The position numbers were made by a program, and so were the translations under genes. Under the pieces are notes generated by a model. It did no database searches. It had not been told where the DNA came from and saw nothing but the letters and a program-made list of their open reading frames with translations. A stretch of DNA of 64,000 nt, taken from Octopus vulgaris (taxonomy: Eukaryota). The stretch is taken from NCBI GenBank assembly GCA_951406725.2, contig OX597835.1, forward strand, positions 36,394,001-36,458,000. Reading direction: 5' to 3'. Each line of letters begins with the position of its first letter. Position 1 is the stretch's first letter. This document shows positions 13,343 to 27,984 of this stretch, one piece after another.

Positions 13343-13356
13343 CGCCATCTGGTGGC
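13343..13356 (-). promoter_or_regulatory. CTCF consensus motif
   Basis: Reverse complement is GCCACCAGATGGCG; motif match only. Confidence 0.4.
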
Positions 13357-13701
13357 TGCATACTGAAATAGATATATGTATGATTAGTTCTTTAGGTTTA
13401 TTGTGTTAATCTTTGCTTTGCACGTAAGTGAAATATTAAAGATATCTATGTGCGTGGTGGGATATTTATGTGTATGTGTATATACATGTGCACGCACATA
13501 CACATATACGCACATATGCACATACACCCTCTATACACACTTACATAAAGTATATATATGTGTATATGTATATGTGTATGTGCATGTGTTTATGCATATA
13601 TACATATAGATATATGTGTGTCGGTGGGTGGTTGGATGACTGTGTGTGTGTTTGTGTGTGTATATTTATGCATATATATATATATTCATATATATATACA
13701 T

Positions 13702-13734
<33 letters not shown>

Positions 13735-13872
13735 TTATATGTATATACATATATATAAACATATATATATTGTTAATCCAAACATGAAAACACAAAGAGA
13801 AAACACAACAACGCCAGGACGTGGAACAAGTATAGTGTTACTGGACGCTCAGGAAAGAAATAAAGAAGGAGG

Positions 13873-13907
13873 GTTTAACGTTTCGAGCGGAGCTCTTCGT
13901 CAGAAAC
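13873..13907 (-). ncRNA. Minimal hammerhead in a ~200-bp (TA)n-flanked repeat (~13770-13977)
   Basis: Reverse complement reads gttt CTGACGA a gagc tcc gctc GAAA cg TT aaac; palindromic stem III. Confidence 0.65.
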
Positions 13908-13973
13908 ATAGGAAAAGGAAAGAACCAAGGAAGGGAAGACGGAGAAAAAACATCGCCAACGGTACACACGCGG

Positions 13974-14027
<54 letters not shown>

Positions 14028-14305
14028 ATACGGAGTAAATAGTTCACAAGAAAAATAAATCACGGAAACATTATTTGCGAAGATACCATTGACTCTGTTA
14101 TTATCTAGTATAACAATTTTTAAATGGTAATAACAGAATCAATAATATAAGTGATTACAGGTCCCAAAAAATGCATTAAATAGCTGAAGGATTAGAATTA
14201 ATCAAAGGACATACTAAGTATATCTACCTGCTGGAAATAACAGTCAAACCTCTCATTTAAATCGCCAAAATACACTGATCACTACAGAAATCAACCGTCC
14301 GATGG

Positions 14306-14512
14306 CAAACGGGCTAAGACAATCTCCCAACTTATATTTAAGTATTTGGACTCACGAATCAGTTGCACCGCAGACTTCAACATGACAGCTTGGGAGTCTC
14401 TATCATGGTAACGCATGCTGAGGAAGCTGAGGCTATTTCTGCCAGTGCAGAAATTGGTCCAGATGGGTCCAAATACTTAAATGTAAGTTGGGAGATTGTC
14501 TTAGCCCGTTTG
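14306..14512. repeat. Inverted repeat with ~48-bp arms (MITE-like)
   Basis: caaacgggctaagacaatctcccaactta... pairs with ...taagttgggagattgtcttagcccgtttg. Confidence 0.7.
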
Positions 14513-14977
14513 AGTATCTGAGTATCCACTTTGCGCTACATTAGATTACTAACCGAAATCTCTGACCTCTTATAGAACAATTTTTCCTGCCAAATTCGAC
14601 ATTACAGTACATTACAAGTCCAGGATGTCTGTGAATTATTGCACTTATATCCTTCAGTGGTTCACTATCAGACGAAAATTACGCTTCTTTAAAACGATTC
14701 CGTTTCTGCGTTCAAATGTAAAATATTACATGTAATCCTCGCTGTTTCTTAGTAACTAATCTCTACAATAAAATGATAACAAAACCATTCATTCATCTCT
14801 TGTTTGCGTCTACTACTTCTGGGAGGGTCATAGAGTTTGTGTCCGCAGGCCTTACTCTAAAGGGTTCTGTCAGAAGCAGCAGTCACTACACTTTCAAGGT
14901 GGATCGCAAGCATAACCAACTGAGACTATGGATATCGTCGATGATGACGACGATGACAACGATGATGATGTGGATGT

Positions 14978-15016
<39 letters not shown>

Positions 15017-15032
15017 CGATGACGACGATGAC

Positions 15033-15091
<59 letters not shown>

Positions 15092-15289
15092 CAATGACAA
15101 CGATGCTGGGGAATGTGGGAGCTGGTGACGACGATGATGATGATAATGACGACGACGACGACGATGATGGCGAGGATAACGACGATAACGATTATGGCAT
15201 CGTCGGAGATGCGACGACAAGTGATAATATTGATGATAACGGCGATGACGATCATTGTAATAACGATTATCGTATTGTTTTTAGTCTAA

Positions 15290-15935
15290 CTTCAGGTCTC
15301 TTGCCGGTTGGCTCGGCTTCGAGAATCCGTTTTGTGATTCTTTCCTGTAGCATTCTAAACACACATCCATAATACTGGTGTTGTGACCTCTCAATGCGGA
15401 GCAGCAACAGCTCCAACTCGATAGATTTCATAATCTACAAGCTATGTACCCTACCGAGTAACCTTACTCCACAGATTCTTTTAGAGGATCCCCATTTCGG
15501 CCGTGTGTGTGCGCAATTGTGCTCTTTTGGCCATTAACCAACATTCATGACCATAGGTAATGATAGACACGAAACCAAATTGAAGACAATAAGTTTGGCT
15601 TTTTTATCAACTCACCTCTTCTGAGGAGCGAATGCTGAAAGAGGTGCATTGCTATGCCAGAACCTGCAATTCTAGCACCTAATTCAACCATTTGCTTTCC
15701 ATCACTCTTGAATACCACTCCGAAGTGCTTTTCCACATGCTTCTGTGCTGTGCCACTAGCTCTCAGAGTGCACTGGAAAGGCCTTCTGAGGAAGAATAAT
15801 CTCTCAGTATTCAGGGGAACGCCATTTTGGCCACATGTATTCGTGATCATATTCTTTCGGTTATTACCCCAACATCTGAGACCATAGACGAGGACAGGTA
15901 CGAAAACAAAACTGAAGAGAGCCAGTTGGGCCTTA
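15290..15935 (-). mobile_element. Degraded RTE-type LINE RT C-terminal fragments (another at ~16410-16575)
   Basis: Peptides HFGVVFKSDGKQMVELGARIA, FVPVLVYG and RILEAEPTGKRP. Confidence 0.7.
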
Positions 15936-15944
15936 CTCTCTCTC

Positions 15945-16165
15945 TCTTTACTCTTTTACTTGTTTCAGTCATTTGACTGCGGCCATGCCAGAGCACCGCC
16001 TTTAGTCGAGCAAATCGACCCCGGGACTTATTCTTTTGTAAGCCCAGTACTTATTCTATCGGTCTCTTTTGCCGAACCGCTATGTGACGGGGACGTAAAT
16101 ACACCAGCATCGGTTGTCAAGCAATGCTAGGGGGACAAACACAGACACACAAACATATACACACG

Positions 16166-16237
<72 letters not shown>

Positions 16238-16402
16238 TACGACAGGCTCCCTTCAGTTTCCGTCTACCAAATCCACTCACAAGGCATTGGTCAGCCTGAG
16301 GCTATAGTAGAAGACACTTGCCCAAGATTCCACGCAGTGGGACTGAACCCGGAACCATGTGGTTCGTAAGCAAGCTACTTACCACACAGCCACTCCTGCG
16401 TC
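15945..16402 (-). mobile_element. SINE family A
   Basis: Full-length reverse-complement copy. Confidence 0.85.
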
Positions 16403-17183
16403 TAATTTTTTTTTTTTTACCAAACTCTCCTCTTCTGAGAATCGAACGCAGGAGCTGGCGCATTACTTTATCAACACGTTCAGTTCTAGCATCCGATTCA
16501 GCCACCTGCTTCCCATCATTCGAGAATACGGCCCCGAGATATTTAAGAATCTCTGCTTGCCTCTGAGTGCACTAGGAAGATGATTTTCTTGAAAAATCAT
16601 CAGAAATAAATGACAGCAATGCATTTTTGTACTATTGGCTTTTAGGTGATTTATTTGATGCCAATTCAATCACACATAATGGCATAATTATTTGCCATAT
16701 GACTCCACTTGGCTCAAATCATATGGCAATGTGTAATATGAATAATTAATTGTAGAATATGCTAAAACGTAGTATAAGCAATTAATTATTGTAAAACTGT
16801 CTGATGAGGAAAATAGAATAAATAGGTATTCACGTTGTTTAATTTACGAAGGGGGCTTTCAAGGGGACGAGCTGGCAGAATCGTTAGTAAGCCGGACTAA
16901 ATGCTTAGCGGCATTTTGTCCTTCCTTACGCTCTGAGTTCAAATTCCGCCGAGGTCGTCTTTGTCTTTCATCCCGCACACATATATGTGTGCATGTATGT
17001 ATGTATGTATGTATGTATGTATGTATGTATGTATGTATGTATGTGTGTATGCATGTTTGTTTGTATGTATGTATGTACGTACGTACGTACGTATGTATGT
17101 ATGTATGTATGTATGTATGTTTGTATGTATGTATGTATGTATGTATGTATGTATGTATGTATGTATGTATGTATGTATGTGAA

Positions 17184-17532
17184 GGTGCGTGGCTTAGTGG
17201 TTAGTGCATTCGGCTCACGATTGCTCTAACCACTAAGCATTCGGCTCACGATTGTAAGGTCGTGAGTTCGATTCCCGGCGACGCGTTGTGTCCTTGAGCA
17301 AGACACTTTATTTCACGTTGCTCCAGTCCACTCAGCTGGCAAAAATGAGTTGTACCTGTATTTCGAAGAGCCAGCCTTGTCACACTGTGTGTCACGCTGA
17401 ATCTCCTTGAGAACTACATTAGGGGTACACTTGTCTGTGGATCGCTCAGCCACTTGCACGTTAATTTCACGAGCAGGCTGTTCCGTTGATCGTATCAGCT
17501 GGGACCCTCGTCGTCGTAACCGACGGAGTGCT
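17184..17532 (+). mobile_element. tRNA-derived SINE family D
   Basis: A box tggcttagtggtt, B box gagttcgattccc, central gtccttgagcaagacac; another copy at ~52945-53270 (-). Confidence 0.8.
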
Positions 17533-17907
17533 CCTATGCATGTATATATGTATTATGTATTTATACACGCACACACAAACATTACACTGAAAAACGGGAG
17601 ACTGACGAGATACATATTAGTATGTATACACATATATACATTTCTCTTTTATAAAGAGATTCTTACGGGACAAGTACTGTTGCACTCTTGAAGAATTCTT
17701 TGGAAGATTTGATGATTTCCCAGGAATGCAACAATACTTGTCCCTACAAGAGTCACTAGTCATTAAATAAATTAATATGTCATCTACTTGAGATATTGAG
17801 TACTCTGTATTAATTGTGGCTCCCCACGATCCTGACGGAATCTCCAGCTGCAATTATATAAGTGAGATATGTGTGCGTATGTGTTTGTGTTCTTGTAGGT
17901 TATATAT

Positions 17908-18050
<143 letters not shown>

Positions 18051-18281
18051 TATCGATTTATCTGTCTGTCCATTTATCTATCGTTCCCGTAAATTCATTC
18101 TCTCTCCCTCCCTCTCTCCCTCTCTCTCTCTTTCTCTTAATCTTTCTCTTCCTCCGTGTCTGTCTGTGTGTATATATGCGCATGTATACATATATCTTTG
18201 TCTGTGTGTATATGTACGTATGCATGATCACCTTACTTATTGTTCTCTTTCATTCTCTCTGTTCTCTCTCTTTATATATAC

Positions 18282-18324
<43 letters not shown>

Positions 18325-18416
18325 AAGAAAGAAAGAGAGAATATATATACATCTTAAACGTGTATTATGTTATTCATTGCATATATTACAAATATCTTTC
18401 TATTTATTTATCTTTG

Positions 18417-18449
<33 letters not shown>

Positions 18450-18491
18450 GTATCAGCATTTCTCTCTTCATATTTTCTTTCTCTCTCTCCT

Positions 18492-18526
<35 letters not shown>

Positions 18527-19223
18527 ATTTACTCTGTTATAAGCTAACCAAACATTCTCCATCGCTGTTGGCCAATTATATTACAGACCTCCTACCGAAG
18601 CGACAAGTTTTGCCGGAAGCAATGTAATATTATAGATTCATTTTAAATTGCTCTAATGGACGAAAAGCAGCCTCTTTTTCACATCATCAGCATCCTCCAC
18701 ATCATCCACATCATCATCATCATCATCATAATCATCATCATCATTACTACTCTCACCTCCAACACCTTCACCATTATCGTCATCGTCGTCGTCTTCGCCA
18801 TCGTCATAGCTATCATCATCTTCACCATCTTAATCATTAACTCGATATCTAACATCATCATCATCGTCATCATCATCATCATCACTATCGTCGTCATCAT
18901 CACCTGCTGCAGCTCCTTTCCATCATTATCAATATCATAGTGGACATCGCACTCATCACCATTGCCACCATCCTCATCGCAATTACAGTCATCATCGTCG
19001 TCATCGCTCTCGTCGTCGTTGTTGTCATCACAACACGATAATCGTTATTACAATGATCGTCATCGCCATTATCATCAACATTATCACTTGTGGTCGCATC
19101 TCCGACGATGCCATAATCGTTATCGTCATTATCCTCGCCATCATCGTCGTCATCGTTGTCACCAGCTCCCACATTCCCCAGCATCGTTGTCATTGTTATC
19201 ATCGTCATCATCTCCATCATCAT

Positions 19224-19287
<64 letters not shown>

Positions 19288-19431
19288 TCCATCATCATCA
19301 TTATCAACAGCATCAACATCCCCATTATAATCGTTGACATCATTGTCATCATCATCACCACAATTGTCACATCATCATCATCATCGCCATCATCATCAGC
19401 AGCAGTAGCAGCAACAGCAGTAGCAGCATCA

Positions 19432-19487
<56 letters not shown>

Positions 19488-19541
19488 GCCATCATCATCA
19501 GCAGCAGTAGCAGCAACAGCAGCAGCAGCATCACCACTACC

Positions 19542-19575
<34 letters not shown>

Positions 19576-19992
19576 TCACTACCATCACCATCATCATCAG
19601 CATCATCATCATCATCATCATCATCAGCATCATCATCATCATCATCATCATCATCACTACCATCACCACCATCATCATCATCATCTGCTTTTTCTTTCAC
19701 ACTTTTTATACGATCTTACTTAGTGAACAAGTAAGTGGGAAAAGAATGTTCTTGTTACTGTTGTTGTTTTTGCTGTTGTCTGACTTTTACTAAATTTTTG
19801 TATATATGTATATATATTTTTTTTTTGTCTATTTCCTATGGCGTGATAGTGAAGGTGTGCTTGTGCGGATGGGAGATGGCGGGATGGGGTGCACGAAATA
19901 CTTATCTTATTGATTATCGACTTTTCTTTAAAAATAGCTATTTTAATGTAGTTTAGATGTACGGGAAGAGATGGAGTGATGGCAAATAGACA

Positions 19993-20042
<50 letters not shown>

Positions 20043-20068
20043 GAGAGAGAGACAGAGAGACAGAGAAT

Positions 20069-20180
<112 letters not shown>

Positions 20181-20837
20181 TACATACATACAGACAGACA
20201 GACAGACAGACAGGCTATGGGCTTCTTTTGGGTTCTGTCTACCAAATTCTTTCACAAGGCTTTGGTCAGTATGGGACTATAGTAGAAAACACTTGCCCAA
20301 GGTGCCACGCAATGGGACTGAACCTGGAACCATGTGGTTGGGAAGTAAACTTCTTATCACACAGTCACGCCTAGGGAGGCAGGTAGATAGGTAAGTAGGT
20401 AGGTAAGTAGGTAGGTAGATAGGTAGGTAGGTAGGTAGGTAGGTAGGTAAGTAGGTAGGTAGGTAGGTAGGTAGGTAGGTAGGTAGGTAGGTAGGTAGGT
20501 AGGTTGCTAGATGAATGGATGAATGATAGATCAATGGATGGATGGATTGGTTGACAATGGTCGTGATGATGACGGTTAGTAAGCCAGAAACTTGTGTCGA
20601 CGACAGTCTTCGTATCTCCAGACAAAAAACCTGTACTTTTCCTTAATGGCAAGTCATCGCTGGAGAATCCTTAATTCTTGAGATTATCTTAATTACCATT
20701 ACATGATTAAGACGCATCCAGAGACACAGATAAGTTTAGTAAATCAAAAATGTGTTTACATTATGTAAATATGTATGTATGTATGTATGTATGTATGCAT
20801 GTATGTATGTATGTATGTATGTATGTATGTATGTATG

Positions 20838-20897
<60 letters not shown>

Positions 20898-20903
<6 letters not shown>

Positions 20904-21081
20904 GAGAGATTCACAAAAAAGCAAAAGACGAAGAGACAACAAACAGATGCATTAGTATAACGCTCGGAAAGTGAAAAAGTCTTTAACATTTCGAGCCTAT
21001 GCTCTTCCACAGAAAGGAACACAGAAAGAAACGAAGAGAGAAAATAAAGAATGTGTAGTGGCTAGCGATCTATCATGGCGA

Positions 21082-21146
<65 letters not shown>

Positions 21147-21360
21147 TATGTATGTATGTGTGTATGTATAGTTGAAATTTACAGAAAAACAAAAGACGAA
21201 GACAGGTGTATAAACAACAAACAGGTGTATTAGTTTTAACGCTCGGGAAGGTGAGAAAGTCTTTCACCTTTCGAGCCTGCGCTCTTCAACAGAAAGAAAC
21301 ACGAGGAAATAAAGTGAGAAAGACAAAAACATTTGTGGATTTAGTGGTCAATCATGATAT
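20898..21360 (-). mobile_element. Two tandem ~190-bp repeats with variant hammerhead motifs (20980-21016, 21260-21297)
   Basis: Homologous to ~27790-27985 (+); conserved gagc-N4-gctc-GAAA. Confidence 0.6.
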
Positions 21361-21920
21361 TTGGTGAGCTAGCAAGAATCATCAGCACACACAACATATA
21401 CAAAGAGAAAGAAAGAAAGAAAGAAAGACATTACAAGTGAGAGGATGAGAGTAACATTATGAGAATGAGAGAAACATTAAAAAGTCTAATGTCAAATAAG
21501 TCAGCATCGAATCAGCGTTGCCAAACTGTCGACGCCAAAACGACTGTGCCATAACGTCTCATACCCACTGTTCGTACTCACAGCTGGCTGAACTGTACCT
21601 CATATAGTATCCACTAAAAATCAGGAAGACCATACTCCACAGTGGTGGCCACATAGTATAGCTTGATTTATACCTCACTAACATGCATAAATACAACGAG
21701 CTGAATTGGACGTCACTTTGGTACCCGAGTATTCTGAACTCTGCGAGGTTCCCTGATTGATCTGAGGTGATTGTTCCTTTATAAGAACGCGTTTTTCTTC
21801 GCTTTGTTTTTGTCGTTACTGTTTATTCCGTTATAAACGTGTTATGCCAAGCTGACGAGTTTTAAAAAGATGAAATCGTACCATATATAGCTACAAACGA
21901 CTGGGAACCTTAAGATCTTT

Positions 21921-22305
21921 AGGTGCAGGAATGGCTGTGTGGTAATACGTTTGCTTGACAACGAGATGGTTCCGAGTTCAGTGCCACTGCGTGGCACCTT
22001 GGACATGTGGGACAAAGCCTTGTGAATTGATTTGGGAGATGGTAATTGCAAAAGCCCATCATCTGTGTGTGTGTGTTTGTGCTTGTGTTTGTCACTTTGT
22101 CACTCACCCCCGCTTGGCAACCAGCATTAGTGTGTTTAAGTCTCTCCTTAAATTAACGGTTCGACAAAAGCGACCGATAGAATAAAGGACCAGGCTTTAA
22201 AAAATAAAAAAAAAGCACTGGAATCGATTCGTTCGACTAAAAAATTGTTTAAGGCAGTGCTCCAGCATGGCCGCGGTCTAATGACTGAAACAAACAAAAG
22301 ATAAA
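21921..22305 (+). mobile_element. SINE family A, diverged
   Basis: Head and tail align to other copies. Confidence 0.75.
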
Positions 22306-22579
22306 AAAACGTGTTGGAAAAAACACATATTAAGCGTGTGTATTCTGTATACCTTTGCTGACTTCAAAACCAGCCTCAACTTGACTAAATGTAGAAGAGA
22401 TTCTCTCCCCTATATTAGTTGACCACCAGGGGTATACCACGTGTTCATACTGTGGCTTTTCGTGTCTCTTTTTGTTCTCAAATTCCATTCTGTAAAAAAA
22501 ACCCAAAGGATAATTGTAATTTTTGTAATTTTTCAAGCAACGTTCCTTCAACTGTTACCCCTTTCACGAAATAAAGTAA

Positions 22580-22582
<3 letters not shown>

Positions 22583-22629
<47 letters not shown>

Positions 22630-22633
22630 GTCG

Positions 22634-22671
<38 letters not shown>

Positions 22672-22696
22672 GATGTTGATGTTGTTGTTATTGTTA

Positions 22697-22728
<32 letters not shown>

Positions 22729-23088
22729 GTTATTATTGTTGTTATTATTATTATTATAAAATTGTTGTTGTTGTTGTTGTTATTATTATTATTATTATTG
22801 TTATTATTATTGTTGTTATTATTATTATTATTATAAAATTGTTGTTGTTGTTGTTATTATTATTATTATTATTATTATTGTTATTATTATTGTTGTTATT
22901 ATTATTATTATAAAATTGCTGTTGTTATTGTTATTATTATTATCATTATAAAATTGTTGTTGTTGTTGTTGTTGTTATTATTATTATTGTTATTATTATT
23001 ATTGTTGTTGTTATTATTATTATTGTTATTGTTATTATTATTATTATTGTTATTATTATTATTGTTGTTGTTATTATTATTATTGTTA

Positions 23089-23129
<41 letters not shown>

Positions 23130-23195
23130 GTTGTTGTTGTTGATATTGTTATTATTATCATCATCATCATCATCATCACTATTGCTGTTGTTGTT
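22583..23195. repeat. (ATT/GTT)n compound microsatellite
   Basis: Directly visible. Confidence 0.9.
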
Positions 23196-23461
23196 TTCTT
23201 TTGTCTCTGTAATATTCTAGTTCTTGTTGCTCCTATCGCGTATTAAAGATGCCTGATTTTGCTTTTGTTTTTGTTTTTTTGTTCTTTGTTAGTTTTCTGT
23301 TTGTTTGTTTTTTGGTTTCACGACACGTAAAAATAAAAAATATCTTTTCACTGATTTGATGCGTCAGATTGGGTGATGGTGGTACGAGGATGTAATTAGG
23401 GGAGAATGCTTTTAATTTTGGAAAAAAATAATGAAGAAAATGGTGGAAACTAACGAAGTAC

Positions 23462-23515
<54 letters not shown>

Positions 23516-23594
23516 AAGTATGATTGCTAACAGAACAGATATTAGTGTTAGACCGTACAACGGGAGGTGTGACATCACCTTCCTTCTCATCCTA

Positions 23595-24205
23595 GCTCTC
23601 TACCTCCCACTTTCTGCTTCTCTCTCGCACTCTCCCTCTCCCTCTTTTGTTGTTGCTCTCTCTATTGTTGTTGCCCCTCTTCCATTCCCCTCTCTCTTTC
23701 TCTCTCTCCACTTTTCTCTCTCCCCTCTCACCCGTTTTCTTTCTTCTCTCTCTCAATTTCTCTCGCCTCTCTTTCCTCTTTCTCTTCTCCTCTCTCTCTC
23801 CTTTTCTCTCTCCTCTCTTTCCTCTCTCTTCTTCTCTCCCTCCTTTTCTCTCTTTCCTCTTTCTCTTCTCCTCTCTCTCCTCTCTCTCTCCTCTCTTTCC
23901 TCTCTCTTCTTCTCTCCCTCCTTTTCTCTCTTCTCTCTCTCCTCTCTTTCCTCTCTCTCTCTTCTTCTCTCCTCCTCCCTCCCTTTCTATCGCTGTCGCT
24001 CTCTGTTCCTGTGTCTCTCTGTCCCTGTTTATCTCTCTGTATCCCTGTCTGTCTGTCTCTCTCTCTGTTCCTATCCTCTTGTCCCAGTCTCTGTCTCTGT
24101 CTCTGTCTCTCTCTCTTCCATTCCCCTCTCTCTCCTCCATATCCTTCTCTCTCCTCTCTTTCTCCCTCTGTCTCTATCCATGTTCCTCTTTCTCTTTCTC
24201 TCTCT
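23595..24205. repeat. Polypyrimidine (CT-rich) low-complexity tract
   Basis: Directly visible. Confidence 0.85.
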
Positions 24206-24283
24206 TAGTCAAATCTTGAAATAAAGAAAAAACAGAGCTTTGGGGACGTTAGTTTGTGTGTGGTGTGTATGTGTGTGTGTGTG

Positions 24284-24314
<31 letters not shown>

Positions 24315-25139
24315 CTGTGTGTGCGAGTCTAAATGTTCATAGACCCTATCAACCCTCTGTCACCTGAAATGTGCTGAATAGCGTGATGTGTAGCGGGAAG
24401 GGGTTCTGGTTGGGGAGAGGAAGGTGGAGGTGACGGTATAAGATATGGCGATGTTTAGGAACGACGAGTGGCGCTCTTTCACATCAAAAGATATTTTCCC
24501 TGACGTGGGTCGTGTGTGTATGTTTGTGCGTGTGTCTATATGCGCGCGCGCGCGCCTGAAGAACTAATAAAAAGCATTTTGAAAAATATTTCGTTTCTGT
24601 ATTTGGTTTGCAAGATGTTTGATGTGAACTCTTGTGTTGTATCTTGGGACGGTCATTGTGCTAATAATAGACACACGCTCTGCTTCTATCTCACTTATTT
24701 ACTTGTCAATAGGTTAACCACATAACCCTTTAACTAACTGGTTATTTGATTAATCGTTCGGCTAGTCAATCAATCAGCTAGATTGATTGACGATAATGAT
24801 GATGATGTTGTTGATATCAAACTCCTTTCGTTACCATTCGCGACCTCATCAAATAGTGCCCTCTTTACCCCCGGTCTACGCCAGGTCCGTGTGTCTGTCT
24901 TTTTGTTTTTGCGGGTTTTATATCTATTTAGATGTATAAATATGACAATTTATGACAATTTATGTGCGAGAAGGTGAGAGAGAGAAAGAAGTGAAAATAA
25001 CAATATGAAATGTAAATGAGAAGAAAATGCAAAGATCGATCTAAAGAGTTTCAGACTCTGGTAACTGTCACTCTGTCGGTAACGACGACGAATGTTGCAG
25101 TTGATCCGATCAGCGGGATCAGCCTGTTCGTAGATTCTT

Positions 25140-26270
25140 CTCGATTTTGACGACCAAGTTCTTGAAGAGTTCTTGAATACCGCAGTTAAGAAAAATCCAA
25201 AGCAAGCTGCACGAAAATTAGCAAAGCAGTTCAAGTCAAGTCATACTTCAATCAAAAAACACCTTTAAGAATTAGTAAAAGTGTCTAAATATGTTCAGTA
25301 GGTACCTCATCATCTGGTTGCTTCCTAGGCTAATTAAAGAGTTGCCGTAATTTAAGGCTTGCTACTTGAGAAGAAGAATCAGAAATAAGGAAAAGCGAAT
25401 TCTTTAGATTCATATCAAATGGAAATGATAATGGTCAGTACCCAGTGTAAAAGGAGTGTCTATCCCCAAAGAGAGATTATGCCTGAAGGAAATTACGCTC
25501 TGTGTTTGGTGAGTTATGAAGAGTATCGTCTGCCATGAAGGGTGTCGTCTGCCATGAAGAGTGTCGTCTGCCATGAAGGGTGTCGTCTGCCATGAAGTGT
25601 TTAGCCAAAACGATACAGTGAATGCATTGAAGCAATTCTTTTATTCTTTTATTATTTTACTTGTTTCAGTTATTTGATTGCGGCCATGCTAGGGCACCGC
25701 TTTGAAGGATTTTAGCTGAACGAATCGACTCCAGGACTTATTTTATTCAAGATTGATACTTATTGTATCGCTCCCTTTTGCCGAATTGTTAAGTTATGTA
25801 GACATAAACAAATCATCACTTGTTGCCAAGCGATGATGGGGACTAGCGCAGGCACAAACGAGGTTATAGTAGAAGACATTTGTCCAAGGTGCCACGCAGT
25901 GGGACTGAACCCGGGACTATGTGGTTGGGAAGCAAACTTACTACACATCCACACTTGTACAAAAATTTGTAGAAAAATCACGTCCTTCACTGGTTAATCG
26001 AAAAGGACTTGCCCAAGTCCATCAGAAAAGTATCATAGCACTAAATATAAAATTTTGCCTCATTCACCCTAATCTCCTGACTGTTGTCTTTTCAAATCAT
26101 CGCAACTTTATTCAGAAAGAAAACAGATTATTTCCTGTGAAAAGGTTTTAAAACGATATTGAGTGTTTCTTTGCTCTTTAAAATATGGTGAATCTTTCGC
26201 CTGAGGGATAAACAATTTGGCAAGTAGATGGGATTAAGCTATCAATAATAAGGAGAAATATTATCTTGAT
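25140..26270 (+). pseudogene. Degraded mariner transposase interrupted by a SINE A (~25650-25955)
   Basis: Peptides NPKQAARKLAKQFKSSHTSIKKHL, Q*VPHHL (WVPHEL), ITLCVW, RPSLVNRKG, LPHSP*SPD and GINNLASRWD. Confidence 0.75.
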
Positions 26271-26842
26271 TTGCGGACCCGTGAATACGGGTCCCGCTAG
26301 TCAAGATATTCATGTTTTTCACGGAATTAATGGTAAACCTACAGGGTTATTTCTGAAAATTTCTGAAAGCATCGCCTGTGTTGTGTCTGAATGGGAAGAT
26401 AGTAAATCGGAGACAGATTTACTTTTGTCTTTATAGCACATAAAGAAAACGGTGTTGTAGTGATGTACGCATTACGTGTACTACAGGAGTACTATGCATA
26501 GCTTTAATACCGAGATTCAAAGGTAGGGGCGAATTATGTCTACCTAATCTACAAAAAAAAATAAAATATCTTGCATTTTATGCGTAGTAATCAGTGTAAT
26601 CTTCATAGTTTTATTGAATTAGGTGCATATTTGCCATAAAAGGAAAATGCTATTATCGATCTATATTATTCAGGGTAGGCACTGCCTACATCACCTACCT
26701 AAGCGGCATGTCCCTGATGATATATATATATATATATATAGATATATATATATAAAATTGAATAAGGGTAGAAATTGATATTAATCAATTAAAACCAGTG
26801 GCCTAGCATATTTTAAAAAATCCGAAGATTAAAAATTTTTTT

Positions 26843-27098
26843 ACATACAAAATTTAGAGAATGGACCACTAAAAGTGGACAGCCTTTATGCTAGATATAG
26901 ACGTCAAAATTGCCATTTTCTACGGAGAATGTGTTCTCAAGAAAAAATTCAGCAAAAAACTTTCAGCAAATTCATTTTTACGCTTTGGGTTTATGCTGAA
27001 TTTTTTCATGAGAACACATTCTCCGTAGAAAACGGCGATTTTGACGTCTTTATCTAGCATATAGGCAGTCCACTTTTATTGGCCAATCCTCTAAATTT

Positions 27099-27105
<7 letters not shown>
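26843..27105. repeat. Imperfect palindrome with ~115-bp arms
   Basis: caaaatttagagaatgg...aaaattcagca pairs with tgctgaatttt...ctctaaattttg. Confidence 0.85.
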
Positions 27106-27180
<75 letters not shown>

Positions 27181-27409
27181 TGTTGTGAATTTATGGTAAG
27201 AAATCCCATAAAACTCAACATTTTTTATATAAATGGAGAAGAGGTGTTAAAACATATAAGAGAATTTTAATTCATGCAGACGATCGTTTCGTACAGCGAT
27301 GTAAACATCATGCAAACTCACGGTTAATTATATTAATTAGATTAAATTAAATTAATTACATATCACCTCCAAATTAAAGGACGAATCTAATTCAACCTTT
27401 TTTCACATA

Positions 27410-27445
<36 letters not shown>

Positions 27446-27716
27446 TGTATGTATGTATGTATGTATGTATGTATGTATTATGTGTGTATATATATATTTA
27501 TGTGTGTATCTTTGTGTCTGTGTTTGTCCTTCACCACCGCTCGACAACCGGTGTTCATGTGCTTACATCCCCGTAACATTAGCGGTTCGGCAAAAGAGAC
27601 CGATAGAATAAGTACTAGGCTTACAAAGAATAAGTCCTGGGGTCGATTTGCTCGACTAAAGGCGGTCCTCCGGAATGGCCACAGTGAATGACTGAAACAA
27701 GTAAAAGAGTAAAAGA

Positions 27717-27756
<40 letters not shown>

Positions 27757-27851
27757 ATATACATATAAATATATACATATATACAGAACGCCATGTTGGA
27801 TCGTTAGCCCCTACACGCAATTTTTTTCTTTCCTTATTTCTTTTCTGTGTA

Positions 27852-27889
27852 TCTTTCCGTCGAAGAGCGTAGGCTCGAAACGTAAAAGA
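27852..27889 (+). ncRNA. Hammerhead-like motif with variant core
   Basis: tcttt CCGTCGA a gagc gtag gctc GAAA cg TA aaaga. Confidence 0.5.
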
Positions 27890-27984
27890 CTTGTTTTATT
27901 TCTATTCCTGAGCGTCATACTAATACATTGTTTGTTTGTATTCCACCTGCCTTCGTCTTTTGTTTATTTTCGTAAACCTTCCCG

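Noticed and set aside
18900-19700. Acidic (Asp-rich) biomineralisation-like ORF
   Set aside because: (CAT)n-derived, open in several frames on both strands, no signal peptide.
25521-25597. CRISPR-like short repeats
   Set aside because: No spacers, eukaryotic context; a simple tandem repeat.
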